DNA of 64,000 nucleotides from Lepidodermella squamata (lineage: Eukaryota > Animalia > Gastrotricha): positions 2,294,001-2,358,000 of the forward strand of contig JBLDXI010000002.1 of assembly GCA_047495785.1 (NCBI GenBank). The letters are read 5' to 3'. The stretch's first letter is position 1. Each line of letters opens with the position of its first letter. Positions 1-14,291 of the stretch are shown here, piece after piece. A program made the position numbers and the translations under genes. The notes below the pieces were generated by a model. That model did not search any database, was not told the DNA's origin, and saw only the letters and a list, made by a program, of their open reading frames with translations.

Positions 1-3000
1 CGATTGATTGCCAAAATGCCACTTCAATAGCGCGGTGTGGCTTTGCGGTGATATGTACAGTGAGCAGTGAGGCGTATCGCCGCAGTCGACCCGGTATTGC
101 AGCAGCCACCGACCCGCTTTTACCATGTACGGTGAGGTCGGCATTTGGCTGATCGTTGGCCAATATACATTTTTCAGAGTTTCTTCCGATGGCTTGATAT
201 CAATCCAATATGTCAAATCTTTGATGAATTCGTTAAGGGGGAATAGGAAAGGGAGACCGCAGTATGGTTTAGTAACCGGGTCGTCACCTTGACACGCTTT
301 TCTCGCCCTCGACCAATAATCGTCCAATTTAGGCGATAGTCCCTTCAAATTCGAAATACCGGTGTAGTCAAGCGGGACGAACCATAGCCCGGATTGGATC
401 GGGGCAGTTTCCGTGTTGTCTTGAGCTGAGATGAACCGCCTTAACGTCAATTGAGCACCTGATCGTTGAGGCCGGGCGCCGTCCGCTCGACCGGGTATAA
501 TTTGGTACGGGTACCCGAATGGTGTTAAAACCACGGTGATTATCGTAAATGCGGTTATTATGCCGATCGATTTTACGATTGGAGAAACATGGCCGCCGCT
601 CAAATAGACAATTGGAGCCTAAATTGAACGAAAGATAATAAAATAATAAATAAGTCCGTCTTAATTTTAGTTTATATAATATTGAATAATTAATTCGCTC
701 AAAAATGCCTTTTCAAAATTTTGGGACATTTCAGATATTCGAGAAAATTCTATAAAATTACAATAAAATTCTACGAAACAGAAATTTTGAAAAATTTATT
801 AATTTTTGAAAAATTCAAAAATATCAAATATTTCTGGAAACTTACATGAAAGAACAAAATAATTGAAAGCACAGCGAGGGATAAAATAGACAGCAGAACG
901 TCCGGGTTCGTCGCATTGCCGATTCGCCCGGTTAGCGGGACGAAAATTTCGAAAACCGGATCAGTGATGTAGAAGAAATAAACGGTAGGAATTAGGGTGA
1001 GAAAAGCGTGGCGGAAAAGTAGAGTCGCGCCGCCATTTCTACGGCCTCGTTTACCGGCTATCGGGATCAACCGGTCCATAATAAGGGCGCCAATCAGCGG
1101 CATGCCGACCCAGAAAACGCTGAAAACGTACGACGCTGCTACTAGGTGGTAGGTCAGGTGGCAAATTGGTATCGAACAAAGCAGTAGAGCTGCGTCGAAT
1201 GAAATGTCGTAGGACGTTTCGCATTTTTGGGCGAAATTCGCTGTGGCGCATTTTGGCACCATGACGTATTTAAAGCAAGCAGCGTGAACTAGGAACGCCA
1301 CTGCAGTTGCGGGTAGGGCGAATAACGGGAATAACAGCCACGGTTTGCCGTACCAGGACATACTGGCCGGGCTTTTACTCAGCAGGGTGCCTAAAGCAAC
1401 AGAGACAATTCCAGCGGCTACGACCGATAAAAGATGGGCAAAAATCGCCGAGGCCAACATTTTCCCGTAGGAAATCCCATCTCGACGATGCTTATCGCTG
1501 AAAAGAAGGCCGAAAATCCGGTAAAGAGTACCAGCCACAGCTAGAAAATTGGTGGCGAGTCCAACAGTCCGAAATGGGTACACGACAAGATACTGAAAAA
1601 TCCTCCTTAATTTTGGCTTAAATTCAATGATTGATTTTACTTACCATCGAAAAAATGTCGAAAAAGACCAATTTTTCGCCAGATCGATCGTTAGGATCTT
1701 CAACCGGAGGTATTTTAGCCAGGTCCATATTCGCCAGGGTTCGAACCAGCGCCAAAATGTTAGACCCAGCCCGTTGAAGCGTGCCGTCCGAAATGCGATC
1801 AGGCGTGTCGAATCGATTGTGGTAGACATAACCATTCGCGTAGAAGGCGAAGTCAACGCCTGGCAAATGGCCGTGGTCTCGGAAAATTCGAAAATCAGTG
1901 TCTGATGGGATGACCCCGGATTGGAACACCTCCTGCCCGCCAACACTCGCGTAAGGATACGGCGCCGATTCGGCGTAGGCGCGGACTAAAATTGGCGTGG
2001 CTTTACCCGGGCCGGTTTGAAACATGGCCTCGCGCCCGCCCGACCCGCCTGCTTCCATGTTGACAAAGGCACGGATTTGTTTCGCCCAGGGATGGCCGGC
2101 ACCCTCGATATTTCCGCCGGCTTTAGACGTACCAGCGACGAAGCCGTTGCTGGTTTGAAGAACGTTTTCTTCACCGCCGTTGAAGAGGAAAATTACCGAG
2201 TGGGACACGGTTTTCGGTGAGGCCAGAAGGGCTCGCAAAATTTCCAGCATAATGGCACAATTCACAGCGTCATCACTAGCACCAACGGTCTAAAAAATTA
2301 AAAAATTGAAATAATTAAATTTTTTATTTTTTATTTAAAAAAATTGAAATTTGAAAATAATTTATAAAATTTTGAAATTTCACATTAAAAATTGAAATTT
2401 AATTTTTAAATTATTTTACCTCAAAATGAGTATCGTAGTGAGCATTAAGCAGTAGAGCATTTTCGTTATCACCACCAATCGGGTCAATCCTAGCTAAGAC
2501 ATTGCTAGAATTGGCATAGACCGAAGTGAAACCGCCCAGAAAATCCAAATCGAAAAATCCAGATACGTGATCAACCGATACGGTAAATCGATATCTCGCG
2601 TCTTCTTTCAGCTGAGCTTTCAGCGCATCAAGTTCGTGCAGCAGCCATGGTAACGCCATTTCTTCTGAAGCCGAGGTTCCAGCCAACCGGACCCCGAAAC
2701 TGGTCAGTTGGTTCAGGGTTCGGCGGACCCTAGCTACCACGAATTGATCCGTGTCTAAAACTGGTTTGCTGACATCATCCGGTTTCACGCCAAGTTCGGC
2801 GATTGGGTCAACAGCCTCCGGTACGCGGTAGACTTCGTAGCGAATGGCGACTTTAAGGCAGATTAGGACGGTGATAAGAACAGCGAGGTGTTTCCAACCT
2901 AACGGAGCGAGTTCTTTTCCGCTATGCTGCGACGCGCCTAGCTTTTTGAGCGCGGCCTGCAGCTCTTCGGGTCGCATGTCACGCATCCCATCTTCGTTGT

Positions 3001-3025
3001 CATGCCGAACTGGCCGCCTCAACAT
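1..3025 (-). CDS. ERMP1: ERMP1-like M28 metallopeptidase, copy A (runs off the window start)
   Basis: Exons 3025-2420, 2289-1645, 1592-846, 618-<1 with in-frame GT-AG introns. M28 motifs LLNAHYD, GASDD, FNGGEEN, NMEAGGSGG, IPSDTDFRIF, GYVYHN, followed by a multi-TM region and C-terminal domain typical of ERMP1/FXNA. Confidence 0.93.
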
Positions 3026-3127
3026 AACAAAAAATTAAAAAATCTAAAAAATTATAAAAAATCCGCCTTAATTTATTTTTTCAGGAAAATTACGATGAAA
3101 GCACTAAACAGCTGAAGATTTCGAATT

Positions 3128-6109
3128 TTAAAACGAATAACTCGCATAAAGCGTTGTTACAGGCGTCGTATGATGCCACTCGGGTAGGATGTCCACAAAA
3201 GCGGCCAGTTCAACCGGTAGGCCACTCAAAGGACTGCCAGAGCGATAATGCTGAGCCCCGACTCGCAAGTCAAACAGCGAATTTGAGCTTTGGGCTCTAA
3301 CCAACATTGTCGCGAATAAATGCCGATCATTTCGAGGCGAGCCGAATCGCAAATTGACCCACCATGTTGGGTAGGGGTGGTAACTCATAGCACCGCCGGG
3401 TTGAGCCAGATAATTCATAGGAAATTTATCCAACGGGATTGTGTTATCGTGAAAATACCAGCCTGATAGCGTCGCTTGATTTTTCAATGAAATATACAAC
3501 GCGCAGTGAGGAGTTCCACTGCAATCCACCTTAAATTGGAACAAGTAGTTATCGTTTAACAATTTAACCGGCGAGTTAGGAATCTGGGTAACCACGGGCC
3601 ATGTCAAGCTATTTCGGGTTGATTGGGATAGCTCAACATCGACCCAATAAGTGCCAGCGGTACGAAATCCAGCGACAGGGTGGATGTTTGGAAGAACGCA
3701 AAATGAATTATTCGCATAGTCGTTATCACTCAGGCATGGCTGGCGTGAATTTTCGAAGAAATGGTCGAGATTGTCCGAAATTTTTGGATACAAAACTGAT
3801 GCACCGCGGTAGTCATTAGGAATGAACCAGAGGCCTGAGAATTGAACTTTAGATTGATTGAGTGGGTCTCGAACCAGTGTCAACTGGGTCGCGGATCGTT
3901 GAACTCGCGCACCTTCGGCCCTGCCACTAACCAAGCTGAAAGGGTGACCAATCGGGGTGAGAACGATCAATGCGAAAGCAATGGCTGTAAGAGCACCAGT
4001 CAGAGGAACGAGCGGGAAAACATCGCCTCCCGCTAAATAAACTGACGGCGCCTGTTAAACAAAATAGATGAAAATTGATAAATTTCTGAAAAATAGAAAT
4101 TTTAAAATTTGAAATTTTTTTGAAATGTTTAAACTTTTTAAACCTTTCATTTGAAATTTAATGGAGTTTCAACTTACGTGAAATGCGAGTAGGAAGACCA
4201 AAACAAGAAAGACTATAGCACCAACAACTTGCTCAGGGTCCGAATCAACCCCTGATCGGCCAGTTATCGGGATAAACATTGCAATCAGTGGGTCAGTGAT
4301 GTACAAAAAATACACCGTCGGCACCAATGTGATCGCTAAATGGCGTAGCAATAAAACCACAGATGACTTCAAATTGTATATCGGAGCGATTAAATCGATT
4401 AAAGTTGCGGTGAGAAGCGGCCAAGCGACCCAGATGAAGGCAATGTAAGACGTCGCGAGTTGTTGGTACGTCAAAACAGCGATGATAATTGAAGTTATGA
4501 AAAGAGCCGTATCAATCGCACTCTCATAGGCCAGTTTACATTTCTGGTTAAAATCTGCCATATTCGTGAATTTAAGTATTAAAATCCGGAAAAATGCGGC
4601 ATGAACGCAGAAGGCTGCGATTGTTGCGGGTAGAGCGTAGATGAATATAGACAAATATTGGCGGGAGAACCAAAACATTGCCGTAGCTTCGTTCGAAAAC
4701 ATCATAACGAGTAGATAAATCAAACCAGCAGCTGCTCCAATCGCGAAAACTTGCGCGAAAAAGGTTGCGGATAGCATAACTGCATAATCCCATCTGCCTC
4801 GAAAAATTCTCCAGAAAATTCGTAAAATCGTACCAGAAATCGCTAAAATATTCAGAGCGATTCCGACCGTTTTGAACGGATATAACACGAGGAAAAATGA
4901 GAAAACGTCGAAGTAAACCAATTTCTCCCCGGATTGATCTGTAACTCGAGGCATTTCAGCAAGGTCGGATGCAGCTAAATTTCGTAAAATTCCGAGATAA
5001 TTCGACCCAGCTCTTTGAATAGTCCCGTCAGCAATCCGATCGGCCGTGTCGAAAATTGTATGGTAGACGTAACCATTTTCGATAAAGGCCATGTCTAAAC
5101 CGGGTATATGGCCGAAATCTCGAAACATTCGAAAATCTGTATCTGATGGTATCAACCCATGCTGGAACACCTCCTGGCCTACTACACTGGCGAAAGGGTA
5201 CGGGGCTGAGGCGGCGTAGGCTCTGACTAAAATCGGAGTAGCCGGTCCTGGGCCGGTTTGAAACAAAATCTCCCGCCCGCCTGAACCAGCCGCTTCTAAA
5301 TTGACGAAAGCCCGAACCTGTTTCGACCACGGATGGCCAGCGCCTGGTACGTAACCGCCATCTTTCGACGCACCAACCAAAAAACCGTGTGTCCCCTGCA
5401 AAATATTTTCCTCAGCCCCGTTGAATAGAAAAATTACCGAGTGATTTAAGGCGGATTGCGATGACATCATAGCCCGAATAATTTCCAACATAACTGCGCA
5501 GTTGATGCCGTTATCACTCGCGCCAACTGCTTCGAACATTGAGTCGAAATGGCAGTTTATTAAGGCGGCGTTTTTCGTGTCGCCATTTACCGGGTCAATT
5601 CTAGCTAACACATTTGTCACGTTTGAATACACGGAATTGCCCCAAGCCCCGCTGACTTGATCTACTGTGAAAATTAGTTTGGACCTAGATTCGGCTGATT
5701 GCTGCCTCTGTAGGTAAAGTAACCGATCCGCGAGCCATGGGACAGTTTTCAACTCGGCCGCTTCCGACCCGGCCGGTCTAACCCCGAAATATGTGATATT
5801 TTCAAGATTTAACCGAGCCCTAGCCGCGACGAAATTTTCAGTATCCAACAGATGTTTCCCGATATTTTCGGGTAAAATTCCGTAATCAAGCGGGTCAGGA
5901 ATAGCCGGGTAGCGATTTACATCGAGTCGAATCGCCCATTTAAGCAATAAAATTGATAGGATGACAATAATCAAATGCGTCCAGCTTAATGGCGCTAGGT
6001 TATACAAAGCAGGTAAGCAAAGTGGGCTTTTGTGGTATTTTGGCAAACTTTTCTCATCGTCACTGTCATGCTCATCATCTGCGCCAAGCCGTTTGTAGCC
6101 CAGTATCAT
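3128..6109 (-). CDS. ERMP1: ERMP1-like M28 metallopeptidase, copy B (~951 aa, 2 exons)
   Basis: Exons 6109-4178 and 4051-3128 (2856 nt). Motifs INCHFDS, GASDNG, FNGAEEN, NLEAAGSGG, SDTDFRMF, YVYHT; N-terminal TM and multi-TM segment. Confidence 0.93.
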
Positions 6110-7008
6110 GATAATATTTTCGACCTAATTTAAATGAAAAAAAGATGATAATGAAAATCCGAATAAATAGATACAACGAACCGTGATTTTATGATAATTA
6201 ACCCAGAGATGACGTGGGATGATTTCTGCGCGCTGCCTGCTAGGAATTTTAATCATGCAAAGCAGCAGCAGCTGAAACTGAGGACACGCACACACGAGTA
6301 ATATTATCACAGCATACAATGTGTACAATCTCTGGTTAAATTACGCGTCTTACCTCGCTTGACGTTGTTTACTACAACAATATTTCACGACGAGGTATAT
6401 ATATATATATGGGCACACAAAAGAGTAGGCAGAGTTCACGTCTTTTGTTATGCGAGAACAGCCGAACCAGGCGGTCAGATGAAACGGGGTCCTTAGATAA
6501 AATCTCACCGACGCCATAAAAATATTATTATTAAGGTGGATCAATTCATTCGGGGATATAAAAATAACTGTCTAGACTGGAAACTCATATATTTTTTTTA
6601 TTTTTTTCCAACTCAACCTTTCGAAATAATATTAATAATAATATCAATAACTCACAAAAAAATGGAATGAAGTCGTTGCAAGCTCATAAAATCAATTAGA
6701 AAATCACAAGTAATCCTAGAGCATATAAATCATCGATTTCAAGCAGTTGCAGCATCAAATTGAAAGAATCAATCAACAGTGGGCCGAAATTTTGCACTCA
6801 GATTCTTTTGACTCAGAAAAATTCAAACAAAAATGCATATAAATTAAAGAATTTGACACGAGATTTTGGTTGGAATAGATACTCAATTTTCGAATCATAA
6901 CCATGAATTAATTCGCACCGTATACAAATCGGTCTCAGCAATGAGCATTCAACGTTATTCGCATCTATTATAATAACAATTAAAAATATTGCGCATATTT
7001 TTGATGAA

Positions 7009-10000
7009 TTAAAATGCGTAAGTAGTGTATAACGAGGTTACAGGTATGCAAAAATGCCACGGTGGTAGCGTTGTTATAAAAGAGCGCAGCTCGGCAGGCA
7101 TCTCGCGGAATTCTCGTTCTGAGGACGAGCCGCGGAAATAATGACTGACAATAGCGAAATCCATCAAATTTCTGCCCGAAGCAGCCGCGTGCCCTGAAGC
7201 GCCCAATTCCATTGTTACAATTATTGACCGTTGCTTTATCCGAGTTTCGGCCGAAGATGAGCCAAATCGAAGCATAACAAACCAGGTATCCCGCGGTTCG
7301 TGGTCGGTAGGCTTGGGAGGCACAACTAATTTATCCATCGGGAAGTCGTTTATCGATATTCCTTCGCTTGAAAAGTGCCATTTCAGCAATGCGGCGTGAC
7401 TGTGGGGTGAAATATACAGAGAGCACTGAGGCGTGTCGCCGCAATCGACCCGGTACTGGACCAGCCAACGACCGGCTGTTACCAGTCTAGGGCTGGTCGG
7501 CATTTGGAACACAGACGGCCAGTAACTGTCTTTAACGGTTTCTTCCGATGTATCCACGTCAATCCACCATGTTTTGCCGTGGACGAAAGACGTGACCGGG
7601 AAAAAGTAGGGTAAACCGCAATATGGGTGTTTTTCCGGGTCTTCCTCCGTTGAACATGCAATTCTCGCCTGGTCCAAGTAGAAGTCCAGTGGTTTCGAAT
7701 GGCCTCTTAATGGCGAAATTCCGTTGAAATCGATAGGGACGAACCAGATACCTGAGCGTATCGGCGCATCAACCTCACGCCCGGCATCAACTATTCGCTG
7801 CAAGGTAAGCTGAGCAAAAGACCGTTGAACGTGAACTCCGTAATATTTGGTCGGATCAATGCTATAAGCATTGCCGAGAGGTGTTAGCAGAACAGTGAGT
7901 AAAACGAATCCGGAAATTCCGCCGATCCATTGAACTAGCGGCAAAATATGCCCACCGCTTAAATAAACCAAGGATGACTGAAAAAATCGAAAAAATTAAG
8001 GAGGCTTTCTGTTAATTTCAATAAATTACGTGGAATAAAAGCAGAATAGCGATCGCGATCAGAACAAGGACAGCGACGAAATATTCCGGGTTGACATGAG
8101 CCCCAGTCCGGCCCAGAATCGGAATAAAAATTTCGAAAATCGCATCGGTGATGTATACGAAATAAACGGTTGGGACACCGGTCAAGACGGCATGTCTAAT
8201 GAAAAGCGTAAATCCCCCTGTTGGTCGATTCGTACGGTTTCCAAGTGGAATTAATTTGTCCATGAACCAGGCTGAAACCAGCGGTAAGCCGACCCAGATG
8301 AATAAAATGTAGGATGAGGTGATCGAAAACAGAGATAAAACAACAATTCCGAACGAGCAAATCACAAGAGCAGCATCGAATGAAATGTCGTAAGTCCGTT
8401 CGCAATTTTGAGCGAAGTTTGTAGACACGCATTTTGATAACATGTAATACTTGAAGAAAAATGCGTGGACCAAGAAAACGGTAGCTATTGCAGGCAATAT
8501 GTAAATCGGCACGATAAGCCAGGGTCGAGAGTACCAAGCCATGCACGAAGAAGTAGATGACATGAAACTAGCAATAGCGAACAGAACAACTCCAGCAGCA
8601 GTGATGGCTTGGCAATGAGCAGCGATTGCAGACATTAAAATTTGTTTATACGAAGCCCCATCGCGTTGCCGTGATCGGTAAATCAAGGTGAAAACTCTCC
8701 AAACAGTCCCGAAGACGGCAATAAAATTCAGCGGCAATCCAACGGTGCGAAAAGGATACACGACGAGAAACTGAAATAAAAGTAATTTCAAATCACATTT
8801 CAATTAGACTAGTTTTCTTACCAGGGAAAAAATATCAAAATAAACGAGTTTCTCGCCCGACCGATCATTTGGGTCAGCAACAGGTGGCATTGCACCTAAA
8901 TCGCTAGATGCCAAAGTTCGCACCAGTGCTAATATATTTACTCCAGCACGTTGTAAAGTGCCATCTGAGATTCGATCTGGTGTGTCATAACGAGTATGGT
9001 ACACGAATCCGTTCGAATAAAACGCGAAGTCAATTCCAGGCAAGTGACCATAGTCACGGAATATTCGATAATCCGTATCCGATGGAATAATTCCAGATTG
9101 GAACACTTCTTGTCCCAAAACACTGGCAAACGGGTATGGAGCAGATTCGGCGTAGGCACGGACTAAAATTGGAGTGGCAGGTCCAGGGCCGGTTTGAAAC
9201 ATAATTTCACGGCCTCCAGCTCCGGCGGCTTCCATATTGATGAAAGCTCGAATATGCTTAGCCCAAGGATGCCCAGTTCCCTCGCTTCCACCGGAAGCAT
9301 GGGATGTTCCAGCCACAAATCCGTTGCTCGCTTGCAAGATGTTTTCTTCTGCTCCATTGAACAAAAAAATAACTGAGTTTGGTAGAGCCTGCTTAGAAGC
9401 GAGTAAAGCTCTCAATATTTCCAGCATTAATGCACAGCTAACAGCATCGTCACTCGCACCGACCGTCTAAAACAGATTTTTCAGTTGAGATAACATAGAT
9501 GCAAGACCTCGAAGAGCTTACCTCAAAGTATGAATCAAAGTGGCAATTAAGGAGTAACGCATGGTCTGTGTTACCCGATGCAGGATCTAATCTAGCAACA
9601 ACGTTGCTCACATTGGCGTAAACCGACGTAAATCCAGACGGGAAGCCCAACTCGAAAAATCCAGATACATGATCAGCAGCAAATGACAATTTGTGAGGAG
9701 ATCTATCAGTCAATTGTTTGCGCAGGTCATCTAGTTCTCCAAGAAGCCAATGCACAGCAATTTCATCGGCTGCCATCGTACCAGCCATTCGAACCCCGAA
9801 GCTAGTCAAATGATTCAAGTGTTTTCGTGCGCGGGCAGCAATAAACTGATTCGAATCTAGAAACGACTTCGCCAAGTTTTCAGGCGATACGCCTAATGAA
9901 CTCGCGTCCGGGACGTCAGGAACTCGGTGCATTTCATTTCTCACAGCGAACTTGATTATGCAGAGAACTATCATCGAAACCGCTATATACTTCCAATTCA

Positions 10001-10178
10001 AGGGGGTGTGGTTCTCAATATCTAACGGATGATGACCGTTCATCTTCGAATTACGATTTCCAGCCAAGAGCTCCTCTTCATCTTCGCGCAAATATCGCAT
10101 GCCTTCTTCATTGCCGTCAAGATCGTGGCGACCACGCCCATTTTCGTAAGTGCTCCGTCCTGCATTAGCGCGAAGCAT
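7009..10178 (-). CDS. ERMP1: ERMP1-like M28 metallopeptidase, copy C (~1003 aa, 4 exons, intact)
   Basis: Exons 10178-9522, 9466-8822, 8770-8030, 7977-7009 (3012 nt). All M28 Zn-ligand motifs present (NCHFD, GASDD, AEEN, NMEA, YHT). Confidence 0.93.
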
Positions 10179-12095
10179 ATTAACTATTCCCTAAAGAAAA
10201 AGCGAAAGGTTAATTATGAGATGGCAACCAGCACCCGGAGCTTTTCGAGCGCATTACACTTTAAGAATGTACAGTACAAACGTTGGTAATTATGAAGAGA
10301 AGCAACCATCTCAGCAAGTAAGCAGGACGAACCCAAACACTAAAGCCTGTACACGTTAACGACCACTCAACTCAATCCCTTTAGCTCATGCACCTGGTTG
10401 CTGGCCAAAATGCCGGCAGCAAAGAGAAATTGCGCGGGTAATTCAAATTCATGAAGGTCACATCACAATCTTGGACTATCCTAAAATTAAGCATTTTTTA
10501 AACAATAATGATTTTATTTATTGTGCAATAAGGCTAAATAAGAGATTTTAAGATGAACATTGTTTTCGGTTTCAAATTTCAAAGTTTAAACCCGTTTCGA
10601 TTTTCGATTTTGTCGACTTCTGACGATTCTTCCGACTAAGCAAATTGCCGTTCAATTGAGGGAGAAGAATTGCAAGATTTTACACATGCATGGGTAATGG
10701 AATTCATCAATGCTAGCATACTGTGCAAATGCCTAAATGTTGGTCGCGAAATCACTGCTGGCATGGAAGCTATGTAAGCTGTCACCTGGGTTTTCAGGAC
10801 TTGCCACGCTCTGTACATTGTTTCCCTCTGTTCAATAAAGTTTTGCATAAGTATCAAAACATCAATACCTTCTGCTGAGCGTTTTTCGCTGGTCTTCGCT
10901 CGCCGGTTCATCATCAAACGATAGAAAGAAATAATTCAAAGAAACAGCATCATTTGGGTTTTTACTTATAAGCCGGCCGCTGAGACGAATCATTTTCAAA
11001 TACCACACCAGTTCTTGCTTAGCAAATTGCTCCTCTGTTTTTTAACTTTTATTGAATTGCAAGCTGAAAATTTTTCCCGGAATGCACACCGCATAAAAAT
11101 TCCGGCCACCGTAAATCAAAATGATCATTCTCCATTCTCCGTTTGGTAAAAATCGAAATGTGCTTCCCAGATCTGATGTGTTTCACGAATATACCACAAT
11201 TTCGCAGTGCATCCATGGCGTTGTAAAATAAAATAGGCGCCACCCTTTTAGCTCATGTGACGTTGGAACGTAATTTGAAGGCTGATATTATCTCGAACTT
11301 TTGAGGGGGAACAACTGTAGAAATCGGGTCGTTAGTTTGATTGAAGTCGTGCCAATTCAAGGGCATATGTCTCCTGATCTGGGCCGATTGGCTCGTTTTA
11401 CATAATGACGTTATTAAAAGCCTCATGAGACCGCCTTTTTCATTCAGCCAGCATCGATTCGATTCATCACAGCATCGGATTTTACACTGGAATTATATTG
11501 AAGTTAACGCAAAAAACGGCAACGAATGGCAATTATTTCAGTTTTATTTCATTCATTTCATCAATATCACTTCTCTTTCTCATAAATAAAAAACAAAGAT
11601 GGCGAAGTTTTCGATTTCGCTTTGTATATAATCAACAATGGTGTTCACAAAGGAGAGCAGGCATCTTCGAATAGAAGAGGTAATATAGGCAAAAAGGACA
11701 CGAAAATTGCCAGCGTGAAAAGTCTCATCATCTTCATAAAAAGTGAGCTGTTCGATGTCATCATCAAGCGTGGATGTGGAAGGCCACTTGAAATATACCT
11801 ACTATTATTTATATATAAAGCAACATCGTTTTCAACAAGAGATGCGTGCGAATTTCTGTACAGTCGTCATCTTTTTCGCTTCAAGGCCACGACATTCTCA
11901 TAGAATATGATATTATTGGTACAATTTCATGCGTAAAAATGATAGAGATCCTTATATTAAAAAACTATGATGAGAGGAATAAATGTACTGTAGATCGCTT
12001 GTACAATACATTAGCACGTCGCCGAATACGTAACATCGATACGCATTTTAGAAATGATTATACATACACGCACGGAACTATACATCGAATCACCA

Positions 12096-14290
12096 TCATA
12101 CAACCATTTCAAGGTTTTGAGTCCGCAATAAATCATCGCTTAATTGGTGTTTATGCTGCGACGACTGCTGCTGCTGCGACGGAGCGACCGGCGCCGTGGG
12201 CAGGACGTTAAGGCGAGGGGCGAAGGTGACTTGCTGCGGCGGCTGCGACGTCGCGTTTTGACTGCGGGCTCGTGCCAGCGAGTCGAGACTAGGCGAGGCA
12301 ACGCTGCCGTTAGCCGGCCGCATGGCACTTTTCATGACCAGTGTCGAAGTAGGGTATTGCTGTGCGAGCTGCTGTTGCTGCTGCTTCTGCACCTCGTACT
12401 GCATAGGCCCGGACAGGGTGCCGTAGCCGGGCGGCACCATGCGCGATGTCTCATATGCTTGTTGGTAATGCTGCTGTTGCTGTTGCATCAGCGAATAGGC
12501 AAGAGCGGCATTGGTCATTGGAGGACCGCCTTGAACGCTGCTGCTTCGCGAGCTTGCAACTTCACTCGTTACTTGGGCCCAAGTTACTTGACGAGTTGCT
12601 GTTAACAAAAATTAGTTGAAAAATAATCCTCCTTATATATTTGAAATATCTAACCATTATTATCAGGCTCGCGCCGAACCGGTCGAGGGGGCGGTGATTC
12701 AACGGCTGTTTGAACGATTCTAGCCCGTTCAACGCAGGTGCCATTACTGAGCAAGAAAGAGGGCGGGGGAGGTGGCTGTTGTTGTTGTTGATGCTGGCAA
12801 ACTTGTTGCTGCTGCTGCTGAATCGATCTCGCAGACAAAATCTGCTGATGATGCGGATCGGCGAAAAATGCTCGAAGCCTGTCGTTCGACATGTGCTGTT
12901 CGAGGTGAGGTTGAAGCTGCTGCTGAGCCGCTTTTTTCTGAGCACTATGAATCGGGCAGTCGTTGCTAGCCGACGGCTGCTGTTTATCAGACCCGCTCAG
13001 GGCACTCGCCACCGTCGCCGCGCTTCCCTCACCGTCCGACGAATTAGCTGGCGAGATTTGCTGCTGAGGCGTTGTTTGCAGTTGAAATTTAACACTGCTC
13101 GCCTGCCGAGGCAGCGTGTGATGCAGCTGGTCCGGCCCTTCCGTGCTCGGAGTTTGATGAACCAGCGACGACGTTGTATTAACCGTGTGGTCTGACGAGT
13201 GGTCGGAGGGCGATGAATTTCGAAGATCGCCGTCCAGTTGCCGGTGGCCACTGGTCGGCGTCATCACCGTCGTGTCATTCGCCGTCGAAATATTCCGGGC
13301 TAAACTCGCGTGGTCACCAACCGGGGGTGAAGAGGCGTCGAAACCAAGCGCCTTCATCTTCCGCTCAGCCGCTTTCCTCGCGTTGTAGGTCCGGCCACGA
13401 CCGCGCCGCTTCACCACTACTACAACGGTGATAATAATAATCGAAGCGCCACCGGCCGCGCAAATCAAAATCACAACGATTGTCAAACTTCGGCTATCGC
13501 GGACAAATGCGGTTTTCGCAAACGCTTCCAGCGCGTTTTTGTCCGGTGAGACGAAGAGTTTCAGGGTGACTAGCGCCGACTCGCCGCGGTTATTCGTGAC
13601 CTGAACTCGAATTTCGTACAGAGTCGATTCGATAGCGACTAAATCGTCTCGCAGTGAGATAACGCCAGTTTTTGGGTCGATGACTAAATCGCCGAGTGGC
13701 GGCTCGATCGAGTCGATGCGGAACGAAATCGGGCTGGTTGAGTCGTCAACGTCGTAGGCAACGACCCGGCTAACCATAACACCGGCGCCGACCGGGGTCG
13801 ACATGATAACTGTGTCGTTTTTCGCGTTCGGGAACAGCACAACCGGGCCCTGGTGGTCGAAAGGCACGACGTGAAGGCTGGCCTGAACGCGGGAATACGC
13901 GGCTCGATTTTGCGAATCGCCGGCTAGAATCGCGAAATTCAACCGCCCATTCACTGGGTCGAGGGATTTCTGAAAAATTTCTGCGGCCGCAACGTAGATT
14001 TGCCCGGTAACTTCGTCGATTCGAATGGTTTTGCGCACCAACTCATCGCCGCTTATAAAGTACCGCACGTTCGACTGGTTCAGCTTGTCGTCGGAGAAAT
14101 CTTCATCCGCATCGATTGCTACGACGGGTTTCCCGAGTTCTGAGCCTTGCCTAGCGCCGTTTCTCGCGAAAAACGCGTAGGAATTGCGTTCGAACGTCGG
14201 TAGATTGTCGTTAATATTGATGATATTGACCTGGAAAGCGGTCGACCCAGTCAAACTCGGCTGGCCTCGATCAATCGCCATAATTTCCAT
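12096..14290 (-). pseudogene. 5'-truncated duplicate of the protocadherin (end of EC5, EC6-7, TM, cytoplasmic tail)
   Basis: Near-identical to 18918-21112; exons 14290-12655 and 12598-12096. Lacks signal peptide and EC1-4 because of the duplication breakpoint; frame still open from an internal ATG. Confidence 0.85.
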
Positions 14291-14291
14291 G

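Noticed and set aside
1601-1610. TAAGGAGG as a Shine-Dalgarno site, or TCCTTAA as a U12 branch point
   Set aside because: Eukaryotic intronic context, variable middle base, both orientations, and no U12-type 5' splice sites.
10636-11243. ORFs between ERMP1 C and the cadherin 3' end (duplicated at 17458-18065)
   Set aside because: Some coding-like stretches, but no consistent exon chain or recognisable domain; not supportable as a gene.
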